Part shown: positions 14,743 to 25,329 of the stretch, in pieces
Position numbering within the stretch: the stretch's first letter is position 1
Layout: the number at the start of each line of letters is the position of its first letter
Origin: Octopus vulgaris
Lineage: Eukaryota
Length of the DNA: 64,000 nucleotides
Direction: 5' to 3'
NCBI GenBank assembly: GCA_951406725.2
Contig: OX597815.1
Location: 111,538,001-111,602,000, forward strand
Notes under the pieces: generated by a model
Database searches by the model: none
The model's input: the letters and a program-made list of their open reading frames with translations, nothing else
What the model was told of the DNA's origin: nothing
Made by a program: the position numbers and the translations under genes

Positions 14743-16035
14743 ATGTCTGGAAAGCAACAAACAAAATTAACAGAATCCGAAAGAATTCTAATGGAAATTT
14801 CATCGAAATTATCAACACTCATCACGATGATTGACACACAATCCTCTATTTTAAAGGAAATAGAAAAATAGTCTACAGACGGAAAACTTGGAAATGAACA
14901 CATAAACTCTGAAATTAAGAATTTAGCTGAAATGATACCAACAATTATAAAATCTACAAGAGAAAGCCTACCACAACCTCCTTGGATGTCAGAAATAAAC
15001 GAAAGAAATCTGGAAAAAGAGGCACACCGAAAAAGAGAAGAGATACAGAAGACATGGAAAAAACTCCTTAACATAAGAAAACAAAACTTCTGGAAGGCAT
15101 ATAAATGCGAAAAATATGCTGAAATACATTCGAAATGGATATCTTTAGCGGCACCCATACTTCCTCGGAAGTACCTAATTAAAGAAATTGCAGGAGAACC
15201 AGAGGAAGAAACTAAACTTCGATGGGACCTTAGTTTGATAAAATTCAGGACCGACATCTCCATTACCCTGTCTAAACAATCCCGCTACAAAGCCAAATAC
15301 GAAGCTATCGATGATCAAATCAGAGATGAAATATCCAAACTAACGACCGGCAATATAGCAGAAAAAATGCGAGAACTATGGATCAGAGATATCTCAAAAG
15401 AAGAAAGCAGATCAAGAAAGTTTTGGCAGCGGAAACAATTATTTCTCGACAAATATGCTACAAATTACGGTAAAGACACCAGAACTCCGAGAAATAGCAT
15501 TAAAAGTGGACAACCTCACCAACGCAACATACACCAGAACACGTGGCAACATGAACAACCGTTTCACCACGAATCGAAGACGAACTACGGTAAGAACTCT
15601 TCCCATTTTGTATGCAAACACCCTAATGCACACAACATGAACAAAAAGCACAAACAAAATAGATATTGTTTTGAACAGACCATTAGCAGTAGAAATAACA
15701 GGAGATCATTTTCAAGACCTCAACAGAGATTACCCACAAGAAACTGGACAAAAAACCGATCTAGATCTAGAAGTAAACCCAGATCATTTCTCCAGGTGGT
15801 TAAAAACAATGCTAACAAGAAATTGAAAAGTAGCATACATAATACCAAAAACAAGACAGAAAACATAACGAAACCAAGTAAAGTACCACAACCAAAACGC
15901 AAAATTCATCAAGCAAACATCAACAGGAATATAAATCATAACCAGAAAAAAATCCATTTTTTTACGTCAGGACAACAAACACCGGAGAAAGAAAAAATCC
16001 AAGAGGAAACATACCCCAAACAACTGAACGTATAG
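14743..16035 (+). CDS. PLE upstream ORF / N-terminal domain of unknown function (helical, charged N-half; basic low-complexity C-half); one in-frame TAG at 14869
   Basis: ATG 14743 is in frame with track ORF 14932-16035; non-repetitive protein-like sequence directly after the 5' pLTR. Confidence 0.65.
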
Positions 16036-17591
16036 ATCCTAAAATAATTAATTTATCAAAAAGAGATCTTGACAATGATGATATCCAACTTCTGTCAAAA
16101 GGACTGAAATTCACACCTACACCAACAGCCAACCACCAAGAATTAAAGGAGGATATCCAAAAATTCTGTCGAAAATTACGACTTGTAGAATTCTTCGCTA
16201 ACAAAAGTAATGAGATTGATGAATCCCTAGTAAGGAATAAATCAAATTTCACCCCACCAAAAGGAAGAAATAACTACCTTGACCAATACATTGATATCCT
16301 GTCTAAATTTCCCCTTAGACGCAATACCAATGTTAGGCCAAACATTAGCAAATCAGAGATGTCTGCATGTAAACGTATACAAAACGATCAAACAATAATA
16401 ATTAAACAAGCAGATAAAGGTGGTGCAATTGTTATTATGGATACCGAATACTATAAGGATTTGGTTGAAGACCAACTGAAGGATACAACCTTCTATTGTG
16501 AAATACCCGCAAATATAGACCACCACATCATGAAAAAGATCAACAACCTGATTTCAACACACCACAACTCACTTACGGATAATGAAAAAGACTACATCAC
16601 CAATTTTGAACCAAAACCCAGCAACTTCTACGGCTTACCAAAAATACACAAATCAAAAAACATTCAACAGGCAGTAAAAGAACAAGAAAGTGAGTACATA
16701 AAATTATTACATCCAAAAGACCTAAAACTTAGACCTATTATAGCTGGTCCAGCATGCCCTACACACCGTCTAAGCAATTTTATTGACATTGTTTTGAAAC
16801 CACTATGTACTTACATACCAAGTTTCATCAGGGATGACATCGACTTCCTGTCCCATCTTCCCAAAACAACAGAAACAAATTCAGTTTTACTAAGTTTTGA
16901 TGTGGTAAGCCTCTACACCAATATTCCACACGATTTAGGAATAAAGGCGATTAAATACTGGTTAGAAAAACATAGAGAAGTGATTCCCAGCAGATTCACA
17001 GTGCCATTTATATTAGACACAGTCAAACTTATTCTAGAAAATAACACATTCTTCTTCAATGGAAAGAATTACATCCAAATTAGAGGCACGGCGATGGGAA
17101 CGAGGTTTGCTCCCGTTTACGCCAACTCTGTAATGGGATACTTAGAAGAACAACTCTACCAAGAGGTGGAGGTAAACTATGGCACTGGATTTAGAAAGTA
17201 TATTGAAAAGGCATGGAAGAGATACCTAGACGACTGTTTCATAATCTGGACAGAATCTCTAAATACTCTGGAAGAGTTCAATATCCTCCTGAACAACCTA
17301 CACCCATCTCTCAAATTTACAAAGGAGATGAGTAGTACCAAATTACCATTCCTGGATATAATGGTAATTAAAAAAGACACCACCATCACCACAGATATAT
17401 ACTATAAACACACAGACACACATCAATACCTAAATTTTAAGTCGTGCCATCCACCACATACAAAACGTAACATCCCATACTGCCTAGCCAGAAGAATTTG
17501 TACTATTGTAGAAGATGCAAATATCAGGAACAAACGCCTAATAGAACTAAGAGAATTTTTCTCAAACAAAAATACCCATCTCTACTTATAG
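15942..17591 (+). CDS. PLE reverse transcriptase (frame open from 15942; first ATG only at 16359)
   Basis: IINLSKRDL..LLSKGLKFTP, IKQADKGGAIVIM, FYGLPKIHK, LRPII, SFDVVSLYTNIP, QIRGTAMGTRFAPVYAN, RYLDDCF, LPFLDI, YYKHTDTHQYL, SCHPPHTKRNIPY. Confidence 0.92.
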   Translation, partial: PEKNPFFYVRTTNTGERKNPRGNIPQTTERIDPKIINLSKRDLDNDDIQLLSKGLKFTPTPTANHQELKEDIQKFCRKLRLVEFFANKSNEIDESLVRNKSNFTPPKGRNNYLDQYIDILSKFPLRRNTNVRPNISKSEMSACKRIQNDQTIIIKQADKGGAIVIMDTEYYKDLVEDQLKDTTFYCEIPANIDHHIMKKINNLISTHHNSLTDNEKDYITNFEPKPSNFYGLPKIHKSKNIQQAVKEQESEYIKLLHPKDLKLRPIIAGPACPTHRLSNFIDIVLKPLCTYIPSFIRDDIDFLSHLPKTTETNSVLLSFDVVSLYTNIPHDLGIKAIKYWLEKHREVIPSRFTVPFILDTVKLILENNTFFFNGKNYIQIRGTAMGTRFAPVYANSVMGYLEEQLYQEVEVNYGTGFRKYIEKAWKRYLDDCFIIWTESLNTLEEFNILLNNLHPSLKFTKEMSSTKLPFLDIMVIKKDTTITTDIYYKHTDTHQYLNFKSCHPPHTKRNIPYCLARRICTIVEDANIRNKRLIELREFFSNKNTHLYL

Positions 17592-18268
17592 AAAATGGCA
17601 TACAGCGGGCTATAAAAATACCTATACAACAACTTAGGACAACCCAAGGAAGAGGAAAACAAGAACAAGTCATACCATTCATAGTGACACACAACCCATG
17701 TCACCAGAATATCTTCAACATTGCCAAAGCAAACCTACCAATCATTGCCCAAAGTAATGAATTAAAAGACATAATCAAGGATCGAGCTATGGTGCTTAGT
17801 AAAAGACAGCCTAAAAACTTGAAAACATTACTAACAAAGGCAAAATTTGACCTCAGCAACAAAGACCAAACATTAACGGTATCTAAATGCAATGATAGCC
17901 GATGTGGCACATGCCAATTCATACATACCGGTCAATATATAAACACAAAAACCGGGAAAATATTCACAAACGCGAATATGAACTGCAAAAGCAGAAATTT
18001 AATTTACTGCATCAAATGCCCAAATTGTGAAGAAATATATGTAGGTCAGACGGGAAACGCACTATTAGAACGCTCACGTGTACACCGGCAACAGATTAGA
18101 GACCCAGAGGTCCGTCAGATACCTTTGAGTAACCACCTAGCAACATGTGGTCGGAAAATATATATAATATTTCCATTCTACAAATTACACAGCCCAAGTG
18201 AAATCGAGAGGAAAATCAGAGAAAAGAATTTTATTGATAAATTCGAACCCAAGCTAAATAAGCAATAA
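17555..18268 (+). CDS. PLE RT C-terminus, Zn-finger-like linker and GIY-YIG endonuclease (frameshifted from the RT at a T-run near 17557)
   Basis: FLKQKYP, IPFIVTHNP, CNDSRCGTC, NLIYCIKCPNCEEIYVGQT, R..H, E..FI.KF.P.LN. Confidence 0.9.
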   Translation: MFLKQKYPSLLIENGIQRAIKIPIQQLRTTQGRGKQEQVIPFIVTHNPCHQNIFNIAKANLPIIAQSNELKDIIKDRAMVLSKRQPKNLKTLLTKAKFDLSNKDQTLTVSKCNDSRCGTCQFIHTGQYINTKTGKIFTNANMNCKSRNLIYCIKCPNCEEIYVGQTGNALLERSRVHRQQIRDPEVRQIPLSNHLATCGRKIYIIFPFYKLHSPSEIERKIREKNFIDKFEPKLNKQ

Positions 18269-18585
18269 TAATAATACTTAGAGGTATTACTTCCACTGCT
18301 ACGACCATGACCACTAACAACAACAACAATACTAAAGGTGATCAAGACGAAGATAGCAGGAAAATTATCTTATTTAGGGTTAAAAGCTCTATTGCCACCA
18401 CCATCACCACTAGCAACAATAATTAAGGTGCTGACAATGATGATGATGACAATTGAAATATAAAAATATAAAAATCTCTGACAAAGGATATTTACAACAT
18501 TTCTAAAAATAACCCAACAATTGCTGCTTCGGCCAGGGTCAAGATACAGGACTCTTGACCTGTCCAACAAAACGTGATGCCTAAA

Positions 18586-18699
18586 CCAATCAGCTCAACC
18601 AACCAATCAGCTTAAGTAATTGAGTGATACTACACACTGATTGGTCAGAATACAGTTTGCAAAACCTAGCACTCTGGAGCCTACCCAGCTGTATTTATA
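18586..18699 (+). promoter_or_regulatory. Putative Pol II promoter in the PLE 3' terminal region: three CCAAT boxes plus TATTTATA
   Basis: aaCCAATcag at 18586 and 18603, ctgATTGGtc at 18640, TATTTATA at 18692; function is inferred. Confidence 0.4.
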
Positions 18700-18969
18700 G
18701 CACAGAATCACTCATCTTGCTACAGTCAAAAATTGTGAAGCATGACTGTCAACACTACTACATGAACCCGAAGATTGCAGAATTCAATGCATGAAAGTAC
18801 TAGTTCAATCAGAATGAATATTTAACATTCTACTATTTCATTTTATTTTATTCAATTATAATATGTTCTCTTATAATATATCATTATAAGATTGTAAATA
18901 AAACGTGAAAATCAGACAAGGTTGGAATTCTTTTTATTAATATATTCTTCTATACACAATCACACACAC

Positions 18970-18985
<16 letters not shown>
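18650..18985 (+). repeat. 3' pLTR followed by (TA)n
   Basis: Direct repeat of 14380-14715. Confidence 0.92.
18763..18807 (+). ncRNA. Minimal hammerhead ribozyme variant (3' pLTR)
   Basis: Identical to 14493-14537. Confidence 0.72.
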
Positions 18986-19026
<41 letters not shown>

Positions 19027-19378
19027 CATATATGGTAACAGGACATCAAAAAACGTTCAACACAATGAGAAACGAGAACATTAAACAAAAACATAAAAAT
19101 GAACGTTTTTTCAAACCACGAAAAAACAGAAACAAGACATAAAAATGTAAAGACAGTAAAAACAAACGATGTGGGCTGTTAAGCCAGGACAATGGAAAAA
19201 TTATTCTGACAGCTTAAGGAGAGAGCTTATGAAGAAATGAAGAGACAGGATAAGCTGGTTTGGTTTTTGTGAAGAAAGTAGTCAGAAAGATGGGTTCCCA
19301 GTGATCACGTGTCGGCGACGAGAGAGTCGAGGAGGAGGAGTAAGAGAGAAGGAACGGTGAAGGGGAGATGAGAAGATA

Positions 19379-19458
<80 letters not shown>

Positions 19459-19559
19459 GTAAAAACGGTAAGATAAGAAAAGAAAGAAAGATACCTCAAT
19501 ATTATATAAATAGAGGAAATTTCTCTGTAAAATAATATGTTACAATTACTCAATAGTCA

Positions 19560-19622
19560 AGATAAAACTCTGAGTTTCAGATGCCGAAGTGGAAATCCAC
19601 AACACCATCTCTTCGGTTATTT
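19560..19622 (-). ncRNA. Hammerhead ribozyme variant in the inverted 5' pLTR
   Basis: Reverse complement of 21066-21128. Confidence 0.6.
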
Positions 19623-19757
19623 GTCCATCTGAAAAACGCTATGAAAAAATACCGTTATACAAAGGGAAATTTCTGTATTATAATTCTGCTCGCGAACCCA
19701 CGTGCGTACTTGTGCGTCACTATGAAAACATACACATCTTCACTCGCATCTTTCGCC

Positions 19758-20380
19758 AATATAGGTAAATATTTCTTAACACTGATAGATAGACATTTTC
19801 CAGTTAACCATACTTATAGGAAACTCTTCGATAAACATAAGTTTAAAATTAGTTTTAGTTCTACTACCAATTTTAAAAATATAATCACACATAACGCACA
19901 AAAACCACAACAAGAAAACAGCTGTTCATGCAGGAATAAAAAATTGTGCCCGCTAAATGGAGCTTGCATGTCCGAGACCATCATCTATGAAGCTACCGTG
20001 GACTCTATAACCACTAAAGACGCCGTTTCGACGAAGAAATACGTGGGCCTTACAGAGGGTAATTACAAGGCCAGGTTCAATAACCACACCTTGAGTTTTA
20101 GGCACTGGAACAAAAGAAAAGCGACAAAATTACTAATCATATTTGGTCTTTAAAAGATAAAGGTGTCGACTATAACATCCATTGGAAGATTTTGGCCAAA
20201 TGTAAGCCCTACACAAGCGGCAGCGGAAGGTGCAGTCTATGCGAGATGGAGAGATGGCTTATCTGGAAAAGCAGCTTAGACCCTACTACATGTCTAAACT
20301 CAAGGACAGAATTTTTCGAAACATGCCCACATGTGACTAAATTTTTGTTACGTTTTTGGTCCCCTAAAGAAAACAGATAG
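19758..20380 (+). pseudogene. Naiad-like PLE C-terminus: CxC..CPLxGxC linker plus GIY-YIG endonuclease (frameshift near 20135)
   Basis: NIGKYFLTLIDRHFP..RKLF, CSCRNKKLCPLNGAC, IIYEATV..KYVGLTEGNYKARFNNH, CSLCEME, LNSRTE..CPH. Confidence 0.85.
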
Positions 20381-21065
20381 AACTTGCTTTCTATATTATG
20401 TCCCAAAAAGTTTTTTTATCTCATTATACCTTTTATTATTTCATATATTTTTATAGTTTCACATATAATAATTTTTTCTGTACTTTTCTATCCTGCATTT
20501 TTTCCTGTGCCTATATAGACGTGTATATAGATTCATTTGTACACGTGTGTGAATATGTATGAGTGGACAGTTTTAGATGTGTACGTGTGTGCGGCCATGA
20601 GAATGCACATATATATAGACGTTTTTACTTAGTATTTTTCCATTTTTTTTTTTGGGGGGGGCATATGTATATTCATTTTTTGTATATGCGTGTGTATGTA
20701 TGCGTATATAAATATGTGCGGGTATGTACATATATGGGCGTGGTGTGTATGAGTGCATAGGGGCATGTACGTATATGAACGTGGTTTTTATGCTTTGTAT
20801 ACTTCGTTATGTTTTTTCTCTTACCTTTAACCATGGTTTTTCTTGTGCTTGAGCGTATATAGACGTATGTATGAAATTTTACGGTACGCATGTGTGTGTG
20901 TATGAATTTGTATATATATGCGTATATATTTGGCGAAAGATGCGAGTGAAGATGTGTACGTTTTCATAGTGACGTATAAGTACGCACGTGGGTTCGCGAG
21001 CAGAATTATAATACAGAAATTTCCCTTTGTATAACGGTATTTTTCATAGCGTTTTTCAGATGGCC

Positions 21066-21128
21066 AGATAACCGAAGAGATGGTGTTGTGGATTTCCACT
21101 TCGGCATCTGAAACTCAGAGTTTTATCT
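21066..21128 (+). ncRNA. Hammerhead ribozyme variant in the 3' pLTR
   Basis: agataa CCGAAGA gatg...gtgga-tt-tccac...catc t GAAA ctc-a-gag TT ttatct: stem I agataa/ttatct, stem II gatg/catc, stem III ctc/gag. Confidence 0.65.
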
Positions 21129-21158
21129 TGACTATTGAGTAGCTGTAACATATTATTT

Positions 21159-21193
<35 letters not shown>

Positions 21194-21228
21194 CAAAGTG
21201 GAGTTGCGGGGTACCGCACGAGTGGAAT

Positions 21229-21368
21229 TATATATGAAAGAAAGTTTGAAAATGCAATTTAAAAGATGTTTATTTACTTTACCGGTTTCACTCTTTGGAC
21301 AATCTTTTTCCAAAGAGTGAAACCGGTAAAGTAAATAAACATCTTTTAAATTGCATTTTCAAACCTTC

Positions 21369-21379
<11 letters not shown>
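21229..21379. repeat. Near-perfect hairpin, about 70-bp arms, 9-nt loop
   Basis: 21229-21299 is reverse-complementary to 21309-21379 with one mismatch seen. Confidence 0.93.
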
Positions 21380-21437
<58 letters not shown>

Positions 21438-21987
21438 TAGATATAGATATATATATGTATATATATATATATGTGTGTGTAAGCGGGAGTGCGAATCTAT
21501 GTCTCTCTCTCTGCATATATATATATATATATATATACGTATATTTATACGTATAAATGTCTAAATACATAGGCATTATGTTACGTGTATGCATTTAAGC
21601 GCATATGTGTATATGAAGATGTGGTTGCGTACATATATACATATATACGTGTGTGTCGATATGTGTGTATATATGAGTACGTGCACACATCCATGATTGT
21701 GTGTGTACATGTACGTATATATAATTCTGTGAACGTATACGTATGTAGACGTTGTGAACTCAGGAGGGTTATGTCAATGTATTAGGAAAAAATAAAATTG
21801 CGTGTATTTTTTTGTTTTTTCTTTTTCTACCTATTATAGTTACTTACCTTTTATTTAACGGTTTTTCATAGCGTCTGTTGCCATTAATAGCCGACAACAA
21901 TGAATAGTAGGTCTTCATTCGACATTCGAATCTCCGAGTATTATTATGACAACAGCCTTTTACTGTTTGATCTCATTTATATCATAT

Positions 21988-22134
<147 letters not shown>

Positions 22135-22259
22135 TATAAAGTTAGAAATGACAGAGATATAATTTATAGTACACACAAATTCTAATATCATGACACGTTC
22201 TTCAGGCGCTGATGAACGTACTTATGTAGTTCAAGCTATTAGTAGCGCATATATTAAAG

Positions 22260-22294
<35 letters not shown>

Positions 22295-22325
22295 TCTACC
22301 TCTCTACCTATCTATATCTATCTAT

Positions 22326-22368
<43 letters not shown>

Positions 22369-22373
<5 letters not shown>

Positions 22374-22405
22374 ATATAGAAGGAGCTTCTACAGGACTAG
22401 TACTG

Positions 22406-22456
<51 letters not shown>

Positions 22457-22669
22457 TGGTAAGTTAGATGAAAGAATAGATAAATAAAAAAATAAAAAAA
22501 TAAAAAAATAAAAAAATAAAAAAATATAAAAAATAAAAAATAAAAAATAAAAAATAAAAAAATAAAATAAAAAAATAAAAAAATAAAAAATATAAAAAAT
22601 ATAACGTACTCGTACCTACAGATTCGTGTCTACACTTTAGGAGGCTAGACTATACATATACACCAATAA

Positions 22670-22701
<32 letters not shown>

Positions 22702-22786
22702 CCGCATATACATACACACACACACATATATACTCCTACATACAGATACATACCAATATATATATATATATATATATATATACATG

Positions 22787-22824
<38 letters not shown>

Positions 22825-22833
22825 CAGACACTC

Positions 22834-22864
<31 letters not shown>

Positions 22865-23245
22865 TATATACATACATATATATATACATACATAGATACA
22901 CATACGCATACATACACATACACATACATACACACATATATACACACATATATATATATATATATAACACACACACACACACACACATACACACATATAC
23001 ATGTATACATACGCAAAAATGATACACATATATACACATACACACACACAGACAGATGCATATACATACATATATATATATATAAACTACATATCTATAT
23101 AAATACATACATAATACACATATACACACACATATATATACATTCATGCATATACATATACAAGTATACACATACATACACACACACGCGCACACATACA
23201 TATACACACACACATATATACAAATACATACATACATACACACAT

Positions 23246-23292
<47 letters not shown>

Positions 23293-23454
23293 CACGTACA
23301 CATATACATATGTATATATATATCAACAAGGGAGGGTAAAGTTAATTAGTTATTGTGCTAGGGGAACAGTGGGGTTGGGGGGGGGGGTTTCCCATCTTAA
23401 TGTTCTCTTGAATGAAACAGTACTAGTCCTGTAGAAGCTCCTTCTATATAATAA
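22369..23454. repeat. 43-bp perfect inverted repeats (22369-22411 / 23412-23454) around a microsatellite-rich interior
   Basis: ttattatatagaaggagcttctacaggactagtactgtttcat and its exact reverse complement. Confidence 0.9.
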
Positions 23455-24235
23455 ATTAATTTTACTCTGCTATGTATTGAGTACCTTACTTACTGTGGTT
23501 AACCCCGAATCAACCCGGGACCTACATATATATATATATATATATATGGATAGATAGATATAGATAGGCAGATAGGTATATATATATATATATACACGCA
23601 CACACATCTATGCGTGCGTGTGTCTAAGATAAGCAGAATATAGGTGTTTTATTCAAATCTGTGAAGCGCAAGTACGATGAGTCCCATTTTGACATACACT
23701 TAGATACATACACACTCAAACGCATACTCACACAGATATAATGAATAACATTATCTAAATGTTACAAATTTGCCATATTTCCTTTAAGAGAGCGCAGAAG
23801 AAAGTGAGTAAGAGAAAGGAAGTGCAATATCATATTAGGCCTCTTTTTTCCTATGTATCTTTGAAGCAGTATCGTATTTAAAAGACGTCATATCTCAAAG
23901 GAAAGCGAAACGAAATCACTCCGGATGTGAACCAAAGCGTTAGATATCGACATCTTCACATATTGGTTTTATGCTATTTCTATACATACCTCTGGCTGAC
24001 TGTTGGGTGTCGTTTCAGGAGTGGATGGGCATGAGACACTGAAGAATGGAACTAAGTGCGAAATGTCGGTGTCTGCCGCTTGCGTTCATTTCTGAGCCAT
24101 GTCATTTCGCTTAGCCCTGAGACATGTGTTACTTCACACGATACGTCTTTAAATAGGTCTAGACGAAACACCGCACTTTTTACCGACACACATGAAATAA
24201 CTATGTTCACTACATACACACAATCATACATACAC

Positions 24236-24300
<65 letters not shown>

Positions 24301-24344
24301 GCTAGCTAGCTAGCTATCTATCTGTCTCTGTCTCTCTGCCTGTC

Positions 24345-24389
<45 letters not shown>

Positions 24390-24504
24390 ATATATATATA
24401 TATGTATATATGAGCGCCATTTTTTCCGGTGCGCCATACTAATACAATTGTTTGTTTGTACTCCACCTGCCTTCGTCTTTTGTTTATTTTCGTAAAGCTT
24501 CTCG

Positions 24505-24625
<121 letters not shown>

Positions 24626-24749
24626 TGTGTGTGTGGCTTGCCGCCAACAGTTTTTTTCTGCCAAATAGAGGTAGTTCATCCTCTATTGTGCACACAACTC
24701 ACATAAACACGTATACTTAAAAAGAATAAGAATTGAATGGTTAAAATTT

Positions 24750-25310
24750 TAAACTTCACGTTGCGGCATTTTTCCCATCTTAATGTTCTACGTTCGAATG
24801 CCGCCGAGATCGACTTCACCTTTTCTCTTTTTCGAGCTCAATATATTAAGTGTTACTCGACTACTCTGATCGATGCAGCCGACTTACCCCTCTCCAAAAC
24901 TGCTGGCCTTGTGCTAACATTTGAAACAAAGACGTTTGATAAGGCGGTGAGCAGGCAGAATGATTACTGCGCCGGGAAATATGCTTACCTGCATTTCGTC
25001 TGTCTTTACGTTCTGAGTTCAAATGCCTCTGGGGTTCACTTTTCCATTCATCCTCTCGGTGTCGATGAAATAACTACCAGTTGAGGATTGTGGTTAATTT
25101 AATCGACTAGCCTTGTAACAGTTGAAAACAATATCATTGTTAAACTTAAGGCGTCGAGCAGACAGAGTTGTTACTGTGCCGGGTTAAAATGCTTAGCGGC
25201 TTTTCTTCCTTCTTTAAGTCTTGAGCTCAAATGCCGCCGGTATCTACGTTGCTTTTCATACATTTCGAGTTCAAAAATAACTGCCAGTTGAGTACTAGTA
25301 TCGATGTGTG
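24750..25310 (+). mobile_element. Cluster of degraded SINE family B units
   Basis: Repeated aaggcg..gagc.ggcaga..aaatgcttagcgg..gttctgagttcaaatgcc..gtcga motifs as in 39857-40441. Confidence 0.6.
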
Positions 25311-25329
25311 TGACTGTATATCAGTGCAT

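Larger units (their letters stand above)
14380..18985 (+). mobile_element. Near-complete Penelope-like retroelement (Neptune-type), partial-tandem structure with direct pLTRs
   Basis: About 335-bp direct repeats 4270 bp apart, PLE RT motifs, CxxxxCxxC linker, C-terminal GIY-YIG, HHR in each pLTR, (TA)n tail. Confidence 0.93.
19447..21162 (+). mobile_element. 5'-truncated Naiad-like PLE with inverted pLTR, flanked by (TA)n
   Basis: Inverted repeats 19526-19763 / 20927-21162 enclose a GIY-YIG-coding 3' fragment. Confidence 0.85.

Noticed and set aside
14724-15263. 179-aa minus-strand ORF (and 26071-26490 plus)
   Set aside because: Antisense shadows of PLE coding sequence.
17550-17565. Second -1 frameshift in the Neptune-type PLE as programmed recoding
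   Set aside because: It falls inside a continuous conserved domain and has no valid slippery heptamer; a 1-nt deletion or assembly error is more likely.
22645-23434. Long ORFs (140-219 aa) of YI/CV/HT repeats here and throughout the window
   Set aside because: Translations of (TA)n/(CA)n microsatellites, which lack stop codons; not genes.
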